A stretch of 64,000 nt of DNA, from NCBI GenBank assembly GCA_965112155.1, contig OZ218103.1; one strand, 5' to 3'. The translations under genes and the position numbers were made by a program. Below the pieces are notes generated by a model. It was not told where the DNA came from. It saw nothing but the letters and a program-made list of their open reading frames with translations, and ran no database searches. Of the stretch, positions 50,901-63,931 are shown piece after piece; the stretch's first letter is position 1, and the number at the start of each line of letters is the position of its first letter. The DNA is from Podarcis liolepis (Eukaryota).

Positions 50901-53056
50901 GCCCAAGGTCACCCAGTGAGATTCATGGCTGAGTGAGGAACTGGTCTCCCAAGTCCTAGTCCATCACTCCAACCACTATCCCATAAAGATGACAGCAGTG
51001 GCCAGTGAAGCAAGACACAGTTTCTGCATTTTACCTGGACATGGCAGGTGTAGGGAGGGGGAGAACCATGTACAGCTACTTGGGGGAAAGGTGGAATGTT
51101 GCTGTTGTTTCCAGATCATTTACAGGAGGGAGGACAAAACAAGGATTCATGGAATTTTGTAATATTCTTTGCCATTTAGTGGATTTTTATATGACTGGTT
51201 CAGATAATGTTTATTATCATACTATAAGTTTTCATGGAGGTCCCTTTTGGGAACAAAGGACAAGGAATAAATCTGTGAATACAAAATGCTGAATGGTTAA
51301 GAATCTTTTTTAAAAAAAGCGCACAGCTCCAGGATACTGGAAGTGTTAGAAACCATACTATGGAGGAAAAAGCAGGCCATTGTGCTACATGCTCTGTGTG
51401 ATGAAATGCCAACATTTCCTGCAGACTAAGCTGCAAACATACATGAATCACATTGACAAAAATGTGCTCTTGATAAACAGCCTTCATTTTGGATTTCCCA
51501 AGGCTTGCACTTCCTTAAGCCATTCCGGATTTCAACTAGAGTTCTGAACTTCGTGTGAACCAAGGCTGACCACACCTTAACCACAGAGCCTATGGTCCTG
51601 CAGGTGGGTCATATGCCCACAGTCTGCTTCCAATGACACCATGTAACCACAATGGGAAAATGGCATATATGTGGTCATTATGTTTATACTGGTTGCTGGA
51701 AACCACAGGAGGGAAAAGTGCTCTTGAGCTCAGGTCCTGCTTGTGTGCTTCCCACAGGCATGTGGTTTGCCACTGTGAGAACAGGATACTAGAGTAGACG
51801 GGTCATTGGCCTGATCCAGCCGTCTACCAAAAGGTACTGTACAAAAGAGGAATTATTCCCAATTATTCTTTCAGACCGCTATGACTCAAGAAAACATATA
51901 ACTCTACAATTCATGGGCCTCTTGCACATCGTGTGCATTTTTTAGTCCTATGTTCTTATGTCAGATTGTTTGTCCATGTAGCTCAGGACTATTTTGACCT
52001 TCAGTGGCTCTCCAGGATTTCTGGCAGTGGGACTTCTCATCACCCGTTTCCTCAAGCAAGACCTGCCCTACCACTGGGCAGAGTGAGCTGGCAGGTACCG
52101 GTTGGGAGAGGCAGGAAGTGTTGGCAAGAGGTTGTAGGACAGAGCTGTATGCTTGTGCACCCTGCGTGCCTTAAGATAACCTGGAGGAAGATGCTGGCCC
52201 ATCACCAAGAGACAATTGCCAGTCTGGTCAAATTCCATAATGGAATGGAAAGGGGGTGATTCCTTGTTCTTCTCCTCATTGGGCCACAGAACCTGTTCTA
52301 AGGTTCTTCAATGGAAAATGCAGGCGCTGAATCTTAGCGCGTGCCCTGCCACGGAATTACGGTCTGTCTCACAATCAGCCTCTAGATGCCTGGGATAAAT
52401 GGGATAAAGCCTTTTGAATTAGAGCAGACGCCACAACTTCTGGTGGCTTGACCCATGATTTAAATTACTTCAGCTCTGGCAATAGGGCTGGATTAAGACA
52501 TGCTCAGAGCAAGCCCTAAGCAATGCCAAGTTTAAGAGGCCCCACTGCATTAAGCCCCCTCCCCCATGTATTATTCTAATGAAAATAGAATAAATTTGCA
52601 TATATGCTAGTACATACACAATGATGCAACTATCTTACTAGTGGTACTTTTGAACTTAAGAGGCCACTCATAATCTGAGGCCCTAAACTGTAGTTTGTGC
52701 ATAAATCTGACACTAACTGGCAAAGTAAATGCAAGATCAGTACAGAGCAGAAGGTGGAATTATCTTATTTGAAAGTCTTCAAAGAAAGGATAAACAACAA
52801 CATTAGCAGTCTGATCCTGTGCATCTTCATTCAGAAGTCCATCCCGCAGGCAGCCGCACGTAGAACATGCATGAGGTTACTTTTTCAGATGTGTCAGTCT
52901 GTGACTACCTATCTGCCAAAGGAAAGAGGAACGAGAAACAATTATTAAGGCCCAACACATTATGAGTCACAGCACTGAAAATCAAATCTCATCAAGGAGC
53001 CGCTAAAACAATCTTGCTCAATATGGTTCAGACTGCATACAGTTAACATAAAAAAA

Positions 53057-53838
53057 TTTATACTACATTTTTTTAGATTTGCCTTGAGAGAGTCTTTAAA
53101 CCTCGTTTGTTGACCACAAGCATTACTCTTTCCATTTTTAAGTTTGGAATAGAGGCATCTGAATAAAGCTGATGTTGAAGAATCATTGCTTTGACACTTG
53201 TGATCTTTGCTTCTTCCAGTACACTGACATTAGTTCGCCTGTATTCCCAAGTGATAGGTACATTTTTTTGGAGACATCATTGATGGAATCTTTTGAGGAG
53301 TTGGAGATGGCGTTTATAAGTAGTCCATGTTTCACAAGCATACAGTAAGGTTGGTAGTACAATAGCTTTGTAAAAAAGTATTTTGGTTTCCCTGCGATTA
53401 TCCCAGTCCTCAAAAACTCTTTACTTCATTTGGGAAAAAGCTGCACTCGCCAAGCTCAGGCGATGCTGGATTTCAGCATCATTGTCGACCCTTGTGGAAA
53501 GGTAACTCTCCTGTGGATTCCAGCAACCGTTATTGTACTACCAACCTTACTGTATGCTTGTGAAACATGGACTACTTATAAACGCCATCTCCAACTCCTC
53601 AAAAGATTCCATCAATGATGTCTCCAAAAAAATGTACCTATCACTTGGGAATACAGGCGAACTAATGTCAGTGTACTGGAAGAAGCAAAGATCACAAGTG
53701 TCAAAGCAATGATTCTTCAACATCAGCTTTATTCAGATGCCTCTATTCCAAACTTAAAAATGGAAAGAGTAATGCTTGTGGTCAACAAACGAGGTTTAAA
53801 GACTCTCTCAAGGCAAATCTAAAAAAATGTAGTATAAA
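53057..53838. repeat. Perfect long inverted repeat: 308-bp arms (53057-53364, 53531-53838) and 166-bp spacer
   Basis: Comparing the arms by eye, arm 1 is the exact reverse complement of arm 2. Confidence 0.93.
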
Positions 53839-54137
53839 CACCAACAATTGGGAAACACTGGCCTGCAAGCGCTCCAACTGAAGAACAGCCTTTACCAAAG
53901 GTGTCATGGGCTTTGAAAACACTCAGACTCAGGATGAAAGGTAGAAACGTGCTAAGAAGGTGGCATGTTTGGCAAACCTTCACCATGATCAACTCCCACC
54001 CGGAAACCTATGTCCCCACTGTAGAAGGATGCGTGGATCTAGAATTGGCCTCCACAGTCACTTATGGACTAACCATTAAGACCATGTTCATAGAAGACAA
54101 TCTTACTTGGCTACGAGTGATCACCAAAGAAGAAGAA
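53531..54137 (+). mobile_element. RTE-clade LINE 3' fragment (decayed)
   Basis: IVLPTLLYACETWTTYKRHLQLLKRFHQ* matches the RTE-type RT C-terminus (LLYGCETW motif); downstream C-P-H-C zinc-finger-like remnant and (GAA)n tail. Confidence 0.85.
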
Positions 54138-54149
54138 AGATCTCTCAGA

Positions 54150-54513
54150 TGGGTGATTGACTCAGTGGGTATATGGTAAACCTGTTGACGATTGTTAACG
54201 ACTGCAGTTAGTTCTACAGGAAAAAGCAAGGGATAGGATTAGCATATGTAATGAGACAGGAATCCAATATCTCTATTAAGACCAGGTCTCTCCATAGTTT
54301 TCACTTTAGTGATGTTATAATTCAGCAACTTCTCTTTCAAGTCTGTTTCTGAAATTCTTTTATATTAAGACAGCTGCTTTGAGATCCTGTACTGAATGTC
54401 CTGGGAGATTGAAGTGTTCTCCTACTGGCTCCTCTGTCTTGTGATTCCGGATGTCAAATTTATGTCCATTTATCCTTTGGCATAGGGTTTGGCCTGTTTA
54501 TCCAATATACAGA
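54150..54513 (-). mobile_element. Penelope-like element GIY-YIG fragment
   Basis: Minus-strand translation LYIG*TGQTLCQRINGHKFDIRNHKTEEPVGEHFNLPGHSVQDLKAAVL...PGLNRDIGFLSHY. Confidence 0.85.
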
Positions 54514-55062
54514 ATATGGGTGTGAGCAAATGCAAAGCACTCTCTGTATTGTTCTTTCCCATTTGCCCCCACATCGGATTGATGGCTCCCTCCCCCTGCA
54601 TTTTTGTTACAATAAAACTAATAACTGCCCAAAGGAGACAACAGAGAAATCCAAAACACTATCACAGCTATGATTCTGGAGAATTGCATCTCTCCCAAAG
54701 AAAGAATGAAAGGTAAAAAAATAGAAGCAGAATTTCTAGGGTTGGAGGCAGTAATGCTTCTGAATTACTGGAAAAGACAGGATGGGAGAGTGCTCCTGTC
54801 CTCAGGTCCCGCTTGCAGGCTTCCCACAGGCATCTGGTTGGCCACTGTGAGAACACAATGCTGGCCTAGATGGGTCATTAGCCTGATGCAGCAGATGTTC
54901 TTTCAAATCCAGGTCTTTTTCGGGTGGGGGTGATTGGTGAGAAAGATCCCCCACCCGACACTTCCTATACGGAAGAGAAATCAGCTGTGTGGTATTACTG
55001 TCCTCTCTTTGCAGGTGGGTGATGGTGGGTGGTGGCAGCTGAGAGATCTTATTCCTGCATTA

Positions 55063-55110
<48 letters not shown>

Positions 55111-55165
55111 TTTTATTTATATCCCGCCCTCCCCAGCCGAAGCCGGGCTCAGGGCGGCTAACAAC
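55063..55165 (-). repeat. (AAT)n microsatellite grown from an L2-type LINE tail
   Basis: About 14 AAT units adjoining tttatttatatcccgccctccccagccgaagccgggctcagggcggctaacaa; an opposite-strand copy of this tail lies at about 57340-57640. Confidence 0.8.
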
Positions 55166-56499
55166 ACTAAAATAGTGCAAGGTGCAGGGAAGGAGCTTCA
55201 GAGAGAAAAAGAGTGCCTCATGATAACCTTGTAAAGAAGTTAATTAATAAGGTCGCAGAACAAACAGAGTGCTGGCACTGACAGAAAGTTGTTTACAACA
55301 GCCCTGCAACAGAGTCCAGTGTTATTATCTTGATACAGTGCTGCAGTTGCAGGAGAGGAGGGCTGAGCCTGTGTAACTTATAACAACCATGTAAGGTTAT
55401 GTACTTAACTCTTATCACTCCTATTTTGCAGTAGGAGGGGGGGACTGAGAGGAAGTGGCTTACATAAGACTGTAATGCAGTAATCATACTTAAGACAAAG
55501 GATAGAGGCACAAATACACTATATTATGATCTCCACATTTCAGATGGAGGCTAAAACTGAAAGCTGGTGGCTTACAACAAATCTCTAATAATAATGCTTT
55601 AAAGAACGGACAGCTGCTCAGTCTTTGCTGGTAAAACAAGACTACAAATCTCAGTCTCCATTACAGTACTACAGAGTACTCCCATTTTTTCCAAGGTACA
55701 GAGTGGAGAATCATTATTCCGTAGGGGAAATGTTTCACTAACTGTGCATTCAGTGCATGCCTACTCATAGTGGAACTCATTTTTGAATAAATATGCACAC
55801 GGTTGTAAATCATGTGGAATCATCGTTCAGTAATGTTGAAAACAAACAACAGCAATAAAGATCATACACATACATCAGTCTGCAGCAAAGGTCAGTCTCT
55901 TTAAATTGCCACTCATATTGTACCACCAACCTTAAAGCCCTGTCAGGTGAAAAGATAGGGTTTTAATAATAATAATAACCCAAATTTAGCTGAATACAGA
56001 GGACATGTTGTACTTCTCCATTAACATCCAGAGAAACACATCACACATTTACCTCTAAGAGAGCACATCAGAATTCACAAATCCATTAAGAAGATAATGT
56101 CCTCTTCCAGATTTATTTTGTGTTCCTGTCTTCAAGGACAATCTTACTCATTTCACTTTATAGTCCACAGAAGGGTAGGATACCGGAAATGTCTCAGACT
56201 GACTCATGCCCCTATCGTGTAAACAAACCATAGAGCTCCCAATGCTCCTATAGTGCTACTGATTGTAATTTCATGGAGATTAAAGAGGGGTGGAAATGTG
56301 GGGGAGAGGGACAACCATGTGTGCCACCTCAAGCTCCTTGGGGGAAAGGTGGGATATAAATGTAAAAGTAAGCAAATGATGAAAAAGGTAATAAAATACG
56401 AGTTGGAGATGACCTTGGGGGTCTTCTGCATCCTCAGCTTGAGGAAGGATCTGCAATACATGATTCAGCTACAGCAACCCTGGTGGGGGGCATCCAGCC

Positions 56500-56915
56500 A
56501 CTATAACAAATACAAGAACAAACCAATACTCCCACCCACCCATTTAAAAGAACACAGAGTGTTAATCAGCCAAAGCCAAGTTTTTGCCTGGCACCTAAAG
56601 ATATGTAATGAAGGCGCTAGGTGAGTCCCCCTGGGGAGAACATTCCACAAATGAGAAGCCATCACAGAAAAGGCCCATTCTTTTGTTACCATCCTCCAAA
56701 CATCTCATGGAGGAAGCATTCAAAAACGGGCTTCAAGTGATGATCTCAGGTTCCAGGTTGGTTCATATGAGGAAAGACAGTCCTTTAATTATCCTTAGTT
56801 GTTTAAGGCAAAACCAACACTTTGAATTGGGCCCAGAAACTAATTGACACCAGGTGCAATTCGGCCAGGATCAGTGTGATATGCTGAAACCGTCAACCTG
56901 GCTGCTGAATTCTAC
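56500..56915 (-). mobile_element. Old L2 LINE fragment
   Basis: ORF 56501-56692 AFSVMASHLWNVLP...FRCQAKTWL resembles the L2 ORF2 C-terminus (AFSVAAP.LWN.LP...F...LKT.L). Confidence 0.65.
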
Positions 56916-58099
56916 ACCAGTTGCCTTTGGAATTTTTTGGGGGGAGGAGGGGAGTGCATACCCATAGGCGGAAAGGGTGAAAGCCCCCAAACAACTCAGT
57001 GAGTATATGCTCTGTTGTCACATCATGCTGGCTAGGGGTACTGGAGAATTCTGATGAAAGCAGAAAGGAAGCATAAACTGTTGTAGTTTGCATGTTCATC
57101 TGTGGCCAGAAATGAAAATCAGTCAATTGAGTATGACTGATGTTCAGACTGTTGTTGCTTTCAAGCCTGCAAATGTACCAGTTGAAGTTTCCGAAACGTC
57201 TTCAGAGGCAGGCCCATGTATAACGCGTTATTGTGATCTAACCTAGAGGATACCAGAACATAGTAGACAAAACGTAGTTTGTTTGTTTGTTTATTATTTT
57301 ATTAATTTTTATTTTATTTTATTTTATTTTATTTTCAACTGATGGAACGCTCTGCCTCATGAGACCAGGGCCCTGCAGGATCTGATTTCTTTCCACAGGG
57401 CCTGTAAGACAGAGTTGTTCCGCCTGGCCTTTGGCTTGGAGCCAATTTGATTCCCTCCCTCTCTTTCTTTTTTCTTTTCCTTTCTCCTGCGATGAGGCTA
57501 CATTTTAATATTTCAATATTTTAATGTTGTATTTTAATTTTGTTTTTCAGTTGTAATCATTCAACTTGTTTTTATTATTGCTTGTTAGCCGCCCTGAGCC
57601 CGGCCTTGGCTGGGGAGGGCGGGGTATAAATAAAAATTATTCTTATTCTTATTTATTCAATTTATATACCACCCTTTATCAAAAGTTCCCAGGGCGGTGT
57701 GCAATATTAAAAACACATTACAGAACATCCATGATAAAATAATAATAAAAACACAATTAAAAAAAGCATCCTGGCAGACAGCCTAATAATAAAATAGTTC
57801 TCATAATGTCGTATATCACAGGTTGTCCCTGTCCAGATGGGGGCGCGGCTGGGACACCAGCTGAAGCTGATGGCAGGCACCTCAAGCTGCTTCAAAGCGA
57901 CTGTAATTATTTTATTTTATTTTATTTATTTATTCATCCATCCATACATGCCCCGCCCATCTGACTGGGTTGCCCCAACCACTCTGGGCGGCCTGTAACA
58001 ACCTCCCATCCACCCTGTCTAGGAAACTGCCTGGAAAACCTACGCCTATTTTAGCTCGGGTAAGTTTACACCCTGAATATTATTCTTGGGGTGTGTTTT

Positions 58100-58820
58100 T
58101 TTTAGTGGCGTCACCTAGGGAGCCTAAGCATTTCAGCAGGCGTCACAGCGCGTAACCAGAGAAATACGTTTATCAGCGAAGCCGCTGATGACCAGACGAC
58201 GCGTGTTACTATAATGTGACGTCACTTCCGCCCGTAAGGCGCCCCTCCAGGCTCACGTCGGTTTCTCCGTGACGTCACCGACCTCCAGCCGCCATTCTAG
58301 GCATCCGGAGGCCGGCTGGCTCTATGGTCGGCCGAAAAAAGAGTCAGCTGCGAAGACGGGCCTGGCCGGCCGGGAATGAAGTTTGGACCCTGTGGCGGTT
58401 TCTCGAGGCTGTTTGGGGGCTGGGAAAGTGCGGGGGCGGCGGCGGTTCGGGGACCCTTCGGCGGCAACGAGAGAGAGGTGAGTGGCAAAAGCGGCGAGGG
58501 TTGGCTGGAAACCTGAAGGAGACGGGGCGGCAGGCGCGGGTTTGTGGGAGCCGGGTTTGAGGAAAGCCCTGTGGGCTGGTGGGATGGTCCCTCTCTCCTC
58601 TCGGCCTCCCTCAGCGCCTGGCACAACTCTTTCAACACCTTCGCGACAGGCGGAAAACCAGCAGGTCTGGTTTCTCCCCGTTAAGTGATGCAACGACGGG
58701 GGAAGCTCTTACCTGTCGGGCTTCTGCCTGTTTGCCTTTAAGGAAGCCAACGCACACCCCCTGGAAGCTCTTCTCAGAAAAGGCGCGCCCACGTGTCGGC
58801 CTTAAATCTTTAACCTCAGC
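58100..58820 (+). promoter_or_regulatory. SYS1: SYS1 CpG-island promoter (2x CRE, ETS, YY1-like)
   Basis: CpG-rich; TGACGTCA at 58217-58224 and 58270-58277; ACTTCCG ETS core abutting the first CRE; GCCGCCATT at 58288-58296. Confidence 0.85.
58300..58477 (+). other. SYS1: SYS1 non-coding first exon (start approximate)
   Basis: Strong donor GAG|GTGAGT at 58477/58478 inside the CpG island, upstream of the first coding exon. Confidence 0.6.
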
Positions 58821-59702
58821 CTTTTTAAAGCTTCTCTTTCTGCGGATCACAGCAGCAGAGGAAGCTGCTTTATCCCCAGCCGGATCTGTGTGGTCCACAC
58901 AGTTCACGGTTGTTGTCTACACCGTCAGTAGCTTTCCAGGTTGAAGGGGGTTATTATTATTTATTTAGGTTTCATGGGGGATATTGAAGGGAATTTGCTT
59001 CTGAGCTGTGCTCCTGACCAGCTTGTGGGCTCCCTGTTGAGGCAACTGCTTGTGCCACTGTGGGGAATGGGATGCTGGTCTAGACATCTGACCCAGCAGG
59101 GATGTGACCTTACGATGGATTTTAGTTATGATCCAGTAAGGCGGTTCTTACGTTCTTTGTTGACAGAACAGGATCCTGCTCAAATAATTGCTGTACCAGT
59201 TTTAACATGGCTGTCTTGTTCGTGTCAAGTATATTTTCACCTGTCCCAAACTCCTAGGGTTGGATAGGTTTAAAATATTTTTCAGAAAACAGCATTAATC
59301 CTGCAATGCTCATCTAGTGAGTATCCTTTTACGGTCTCTCTCTCCCATTTCTGTGTTATCACTCCCAGTACTATCTGTGCAACATACACTTAGGCCCGGG
59401 TTTTTGTTTTGTAATCTGTCTCTGTTAGGTTTCCCATACCTCTCTCAGGGCTACACTTGGGAGACCACACCAAAGAATAGTAATGTGAATGCCAGAAGAT
59501 GCCAAAAGAACACTTTGGGTTTTGGTCAATGGGTAGATTGGAGGGCCCTTCCATAAGCTTCGGTTGGAGTAACATGTTTTGTTTTGTTGTTGTTCAATTT
59601 CAGGTGCTGATGCGACTGGCCTCTAGTCAGTGAGATGTGTGCTTGATACTTTAAGACATCGCTGGATTTTGCCTAGCCGGTGGGCAGGCCCCTGCTTCAG
59701 CA

Positions 59703-59864
59703 ATGGCTCCACAGTTCCGTAGTTATGTTTGGGATCCTGCTCTTATCCTTTCCCAGATTACCCTCATGCAGGCAATTTACTATAGCTCGCTTGGGCTCTG
59801 GTTGGCTGTGGTGGACAGCCTAGTTCACAACAGCCCGTCCCTTGATCAGATTTTCAACTACGAG
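59703..59864 (+). CDS. SYS1: SYS1 Golgi trafficking protein, first coding exon (MAPQFRSYVWDPALILSQI...SPSLDQIFNYE)
   Basis: FRSYVWDP.LILSQI.LMQ.YY.SLGLWL is the SYS1 N-terminus; 162 nt; GAG|GTAGGA donor. Confidence 0.96.
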
Positions 59865-62800
59865 GTAGGATATTATTCATTTTGGGAAATCCTGACAGCT
59901 AGAAGATTTTGAAAACCAACCTTGCAGGCTAAGAGGACTGTTGTTTACGTCTCCTACTTTTTGGTATCCAGGGAAATCCTTGAGCCAGTCTTTCCCATCC
60001 CTGGGTAGAAGTTGGAGTTAAAAGTGCAGATCAGAGTGAATGGAGAGATGTTGGAAGGGAAAGGAATTGACCAGTGCAAGAAACGCTGTCCCTGTTTGGG
60101 TTGTGGTGCCTGTAGATCAGGAGTGGAGGGAAGTCATGTGAGTGTGAACTCCAGTGTGAATAACAGTGGAGTGGCAGGACAGTATGTCAGACTTTCCCAC
60201 CATTCTTGACAGCCTTCTCCTTCAACCTCCAGCCACCCCTTTGCTCCTGGCTTCCTGTTCTACACAATCATACACATCATGACCACCAGCTCCTCAGTCC
60301 AGAGGAAGGGTGATCTGGATTGTGTGTTCCCCTTCTTAATCTCCAGTATTTAAACAAGTATGACATTAACACAGCTTCACAGATTGCATTCTGTAACATT
60401 TGTATTTAAATTTTACATACTTTTGTATACAGATTTTTGGCTTGCATAGACGAGTTTATAACAAGATCTGTCAGAAATGAATTTGCACTTTTGCAAATGG
60501 CTGCGTTTGTGATAGCAAAATTAAGATGATTTTGTATGATTGTTTAGATATTGTTTATTGTGGAGAGGACATGCTGTGTATTGTTATTGCTAATAGGAAC
60601 TGATATTATTTCTTTTATTTATTTATTAAAAAGTTTATTCCCTTGTTTTCCCATTCAAAAAGAAAAAGGAAATGCTTATAAAACAAAGGGCACATAGTTC
60701 AGTGTTAGAACTTCTGCTTTGCATATGCAGAAGGTCCCAAGTTCAATCCCCAACCTCTTGAGTTAGGAATGTCCCCTGTCTGGGACCCAAAGAGTCAATG
60801 CCATTTAGTGCAAACAATACTGTACTGAGTTTGATGGGCCAATACTCTGAATCAGTATAAGATAGCTTCCTGTGTTCTTCTAACAATCCTCTATTCCAAC
60901 ACTATTACCAAACTAGAAATAGCATCAAAGAACAAGAACCCAAAATGGTCTGTCCTGTGTGACCTTGTAAAAGTTTGTATGAAGTCAGTTGAATATTTCT
61001 CCCCGAAAGGGCAGTTTCCTCCACCTACCTTCATGTGTTTTTTTTCATTATAATGGTTATTCCTGGTGTTTTGTATCATTTCTACAGAAGAAAACTCTGA
61101 ATACAACAATTCACTTTTATCACTACCCAAAGTTTCTTGTGATGTCAGATCAAGGATTTGGATTTAAATGTTTAAGTAGAGACAATGTTACAGGGCAGAT
61201 CAGCTGTGGGAAAGATCTGTGGTGTTCTTTCTTTGGAGTGAGTGAGACTGCCTGGGATGGTTACATGCCCATAAAAAAGTCTCTCCGATGGAATCTGAAA
61301 AGATAAGACAAATCTAGAGAGTGCACTGTGCCTTCTCCTTTGCCTGGCTGCATCTGTCCTTGAACTATGATCATGCCTTTTGCTTGCCTGGATGGACAGA
61401 AGAGTGTGTAGAAAACTCTTACCTGGATGGAACGTAGTCTACTATAAAAAGTGCGAGTTACATCAGTTGCTCCACCCACTTTTGTCTCTGGCCCTACCCA
61501 CCACCAGCATCTGTCTCCTGGAAGGTTGGCTATGAAGGAATGTACCTGTAGGCTGAAAAAGACTCTCCACTCCTGTTACATAATTTTATCAATTGCTATT
61601 GGCTATGGCATCAGGCTAGCCACTGTTTCAAACCAAATCTGAACTATGTGGCCCCTTATCTGATCCAATTGAACTCCTCTTAACCTGCAGCCAGCCCTGG
61701 GGGTGAAGTGGCCATGACTGGGGAAGGGAGCCAATTCACTTCAACAGCATATTCCTCCCCAGCCTTATACTCCTCTGCCATAACTTCCTCTCTAAGGCTT
61801 TGAAGTACAGAAGAGTAAACACAAGCCTAAATGGCAGAAGAAGACCTCTGTAGAGACGAAAACCCAACTGCTTGTTTCTGCCCCAGTTATCTCTCTCATA
61901 AGAACACAAGACGATCCCTGCTGGGTATTCTATCTAGTCCCATGTCCTGTTTCCCATGGTGGCCAACCAAGAAGCCCATGAGCAGGGACATGAGAACTAC
62001 TCCCCTCTCTGAAGCTACTGAGTGGAAGTGAGCCTGTAGTGGATATTGTGTAGTGGATCCAGTAGTGCATATTGTGAAGTCACAGGCTGGGAGGAGAGAA
62101 ATTGTCTTAGCCCAGTGGTGGGAAACCTTTGTAAGCCCAGGAGCCACATTCCCTTTGGGAGAAGCATTCTGAGGGCCACATGCTGGTGGTGCTAGTGATG
62201 GGCAGGGTGAGAAGCAGATGTGGACAGAGCAGTGGATGTGAGTTTTACCTTTGTATAGGAGGCTACTGTCCAGCTATGCAGGGTTTCTCTCAGATTTTTT
62301 TGTGGGGTGCATGGGACATTACAGGTGTGAAGAGAGGAAACTGAATTCCATGGACACCAGTGGAAGCCCACTCTCACAACTGAATTCCACCCAGGGAAAT
62401 TAGAGCCAGACCTTCTCATGGCTCTCACCATCAGATTGGCTTTGAGCACCGCAGTACTGTAATGTAGCTTTTGTTTGGGATCTCTGTGCTTTCTGTCCTC
62501 ATCTCTATTGGGAGAATAGGGCAGGAAGAAGTCTGACACCTGCCCATCTCTGTGGAAGCCTGTCCAATGCATAGACAGCAATGGTTACAATGCTGCATGT
62601 TTGAAAGAGAAGGACTTTTGCCTGTGCTGTCTGCAACTCTGCTGTTTTCCAACTTTTGTAAGCAGAAATGATGACCAGCTTAGGGACTCTGTCGAGCGTG
62701 CCTTATCGCTGCCTGCTGACCTTGGCAAACTGCATGAGGTAGTGATTTATGATAGCCTGGATTTTGGTGGCAATTGTAAGTTTTCAGTTCTGAGTTGCCG

Positions 62801-62950
62801 AAAAACTGCAGTTAGTGTACTGTGACAGCTGGCCTTTCTATTCAGTCCTTTCTATGAATATAACTTGTGACGGAGGCTCATGTAGACGTTGATTTATCTT
62901 GGCTGGATTGCCTATGTTGAAAACTTTAACCACTGAGTTGTATTTTAGAT

Positions 62951-63284
62951 CAGGGGGTTCCAGACAGTGGTGTGTGGACCACTATTGGTCAACAAGCTTT
63001 TTGAAGGTTGTCAGTGGTATGTTTCCATATTGGTTGTATTTTTAATGCTTTTTATTTCTTATATTGTATTTTATTGTATTGCAATTTGAATTCTATGGAA
63101 TTTCAATTGCCATACAAAAAGAAGAAGCAGCAAGAAAAGTACAATTAAAGATATCACAGTATCTTAGCAGGGTGTATTACAAATATTACAACTGGCAGGG
63201 GGAAAATCAATTAGTGGTCCACCGAGAATATCAGCAATTTTCAAGTGGCTCAGTGGAGGTGGGGTGCAAGTTTGGGAACCACTG
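62951..63284. mobile_element. Old hAT-type non-autonomous element in a SYS1 intron
   Basis: Ends CAGGGGGTTCCAGAC / GTTTGGGAACCACTG with a degenerate 8-bp flank duplication (ttttagat / cttcagat). Confidence 0.55.
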
Positions 63285-63863
63285 CTTCAGATCCTTTGGA
63301 ATTTCACAAAATCAAGAAAATGTTGTGTGTAATTTATGCAGTTTCAGATAGGGAGGAGCAGGTTTTAGCCTCAAAACATACACTGATCTGTTCTGTAGAA
63401 GCAAATGGAACCCACTTCAACCATTGGGCAACTTTTGCAAAATATATAATACCATTCTGGCATTGTATCAATATCCCTTGTGATTTTATTCATTTACTGA
63501 AGGGTTATTGTTTTGCTTCTTGTTATGGTATGTATTTTTGTGTTTTTATATTGTAAACTGCCTTATGATCTTCGGATAAAGGGCAGTATATAAAATTAAC
63601 TAATAATAATAGTAGCAGTAGTAGTAGTAGTAGTAATAACAACAACAACAACAAAAACTCAGCCCTGGCTCATTTTTGTAGATATAATTAAACTTGTACA
63701 TACAAATCTGCACTCCTAGAAAAAGAAATTGTTTTTCTGCTTTGAAGGTAAACGAAGCATTATGTTGAATGGAATGCATGGATGGGGAAGAGGAGTCAAA
63801 TAAATCTTGACTTGGTTTCCAATTTATCCCAGTGGCTGTTTCTCTCCTTGTAACCCTGTGCAG

Positions 63864-63931
63864 GTTTTGGGGTTCTCCACCTCACCTGGCAGACTTGCCA
63901 TGATGGCTTTTATCCTGAATGCACTTTCTTG
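63864..63931 (+). CDS. SYS1: SYS1 second coding exon (VLGFSTSPGRLAMMAFILNALS-C); gene continues beyond the window
   Basis: ctgtgcAG acceptor; 68 nt; TG|GTAAGT donor; LGFST.PGRL.MM.FILNAL matches SYS1. Confidence 0.95.

Noticed and set aside
58297-59267. Overlapping 70-120 aa ORFs at the SYS1 promoter
   Set aside because: CpG-island artefacts with no recognisable homology; the true start codon is at 59703.
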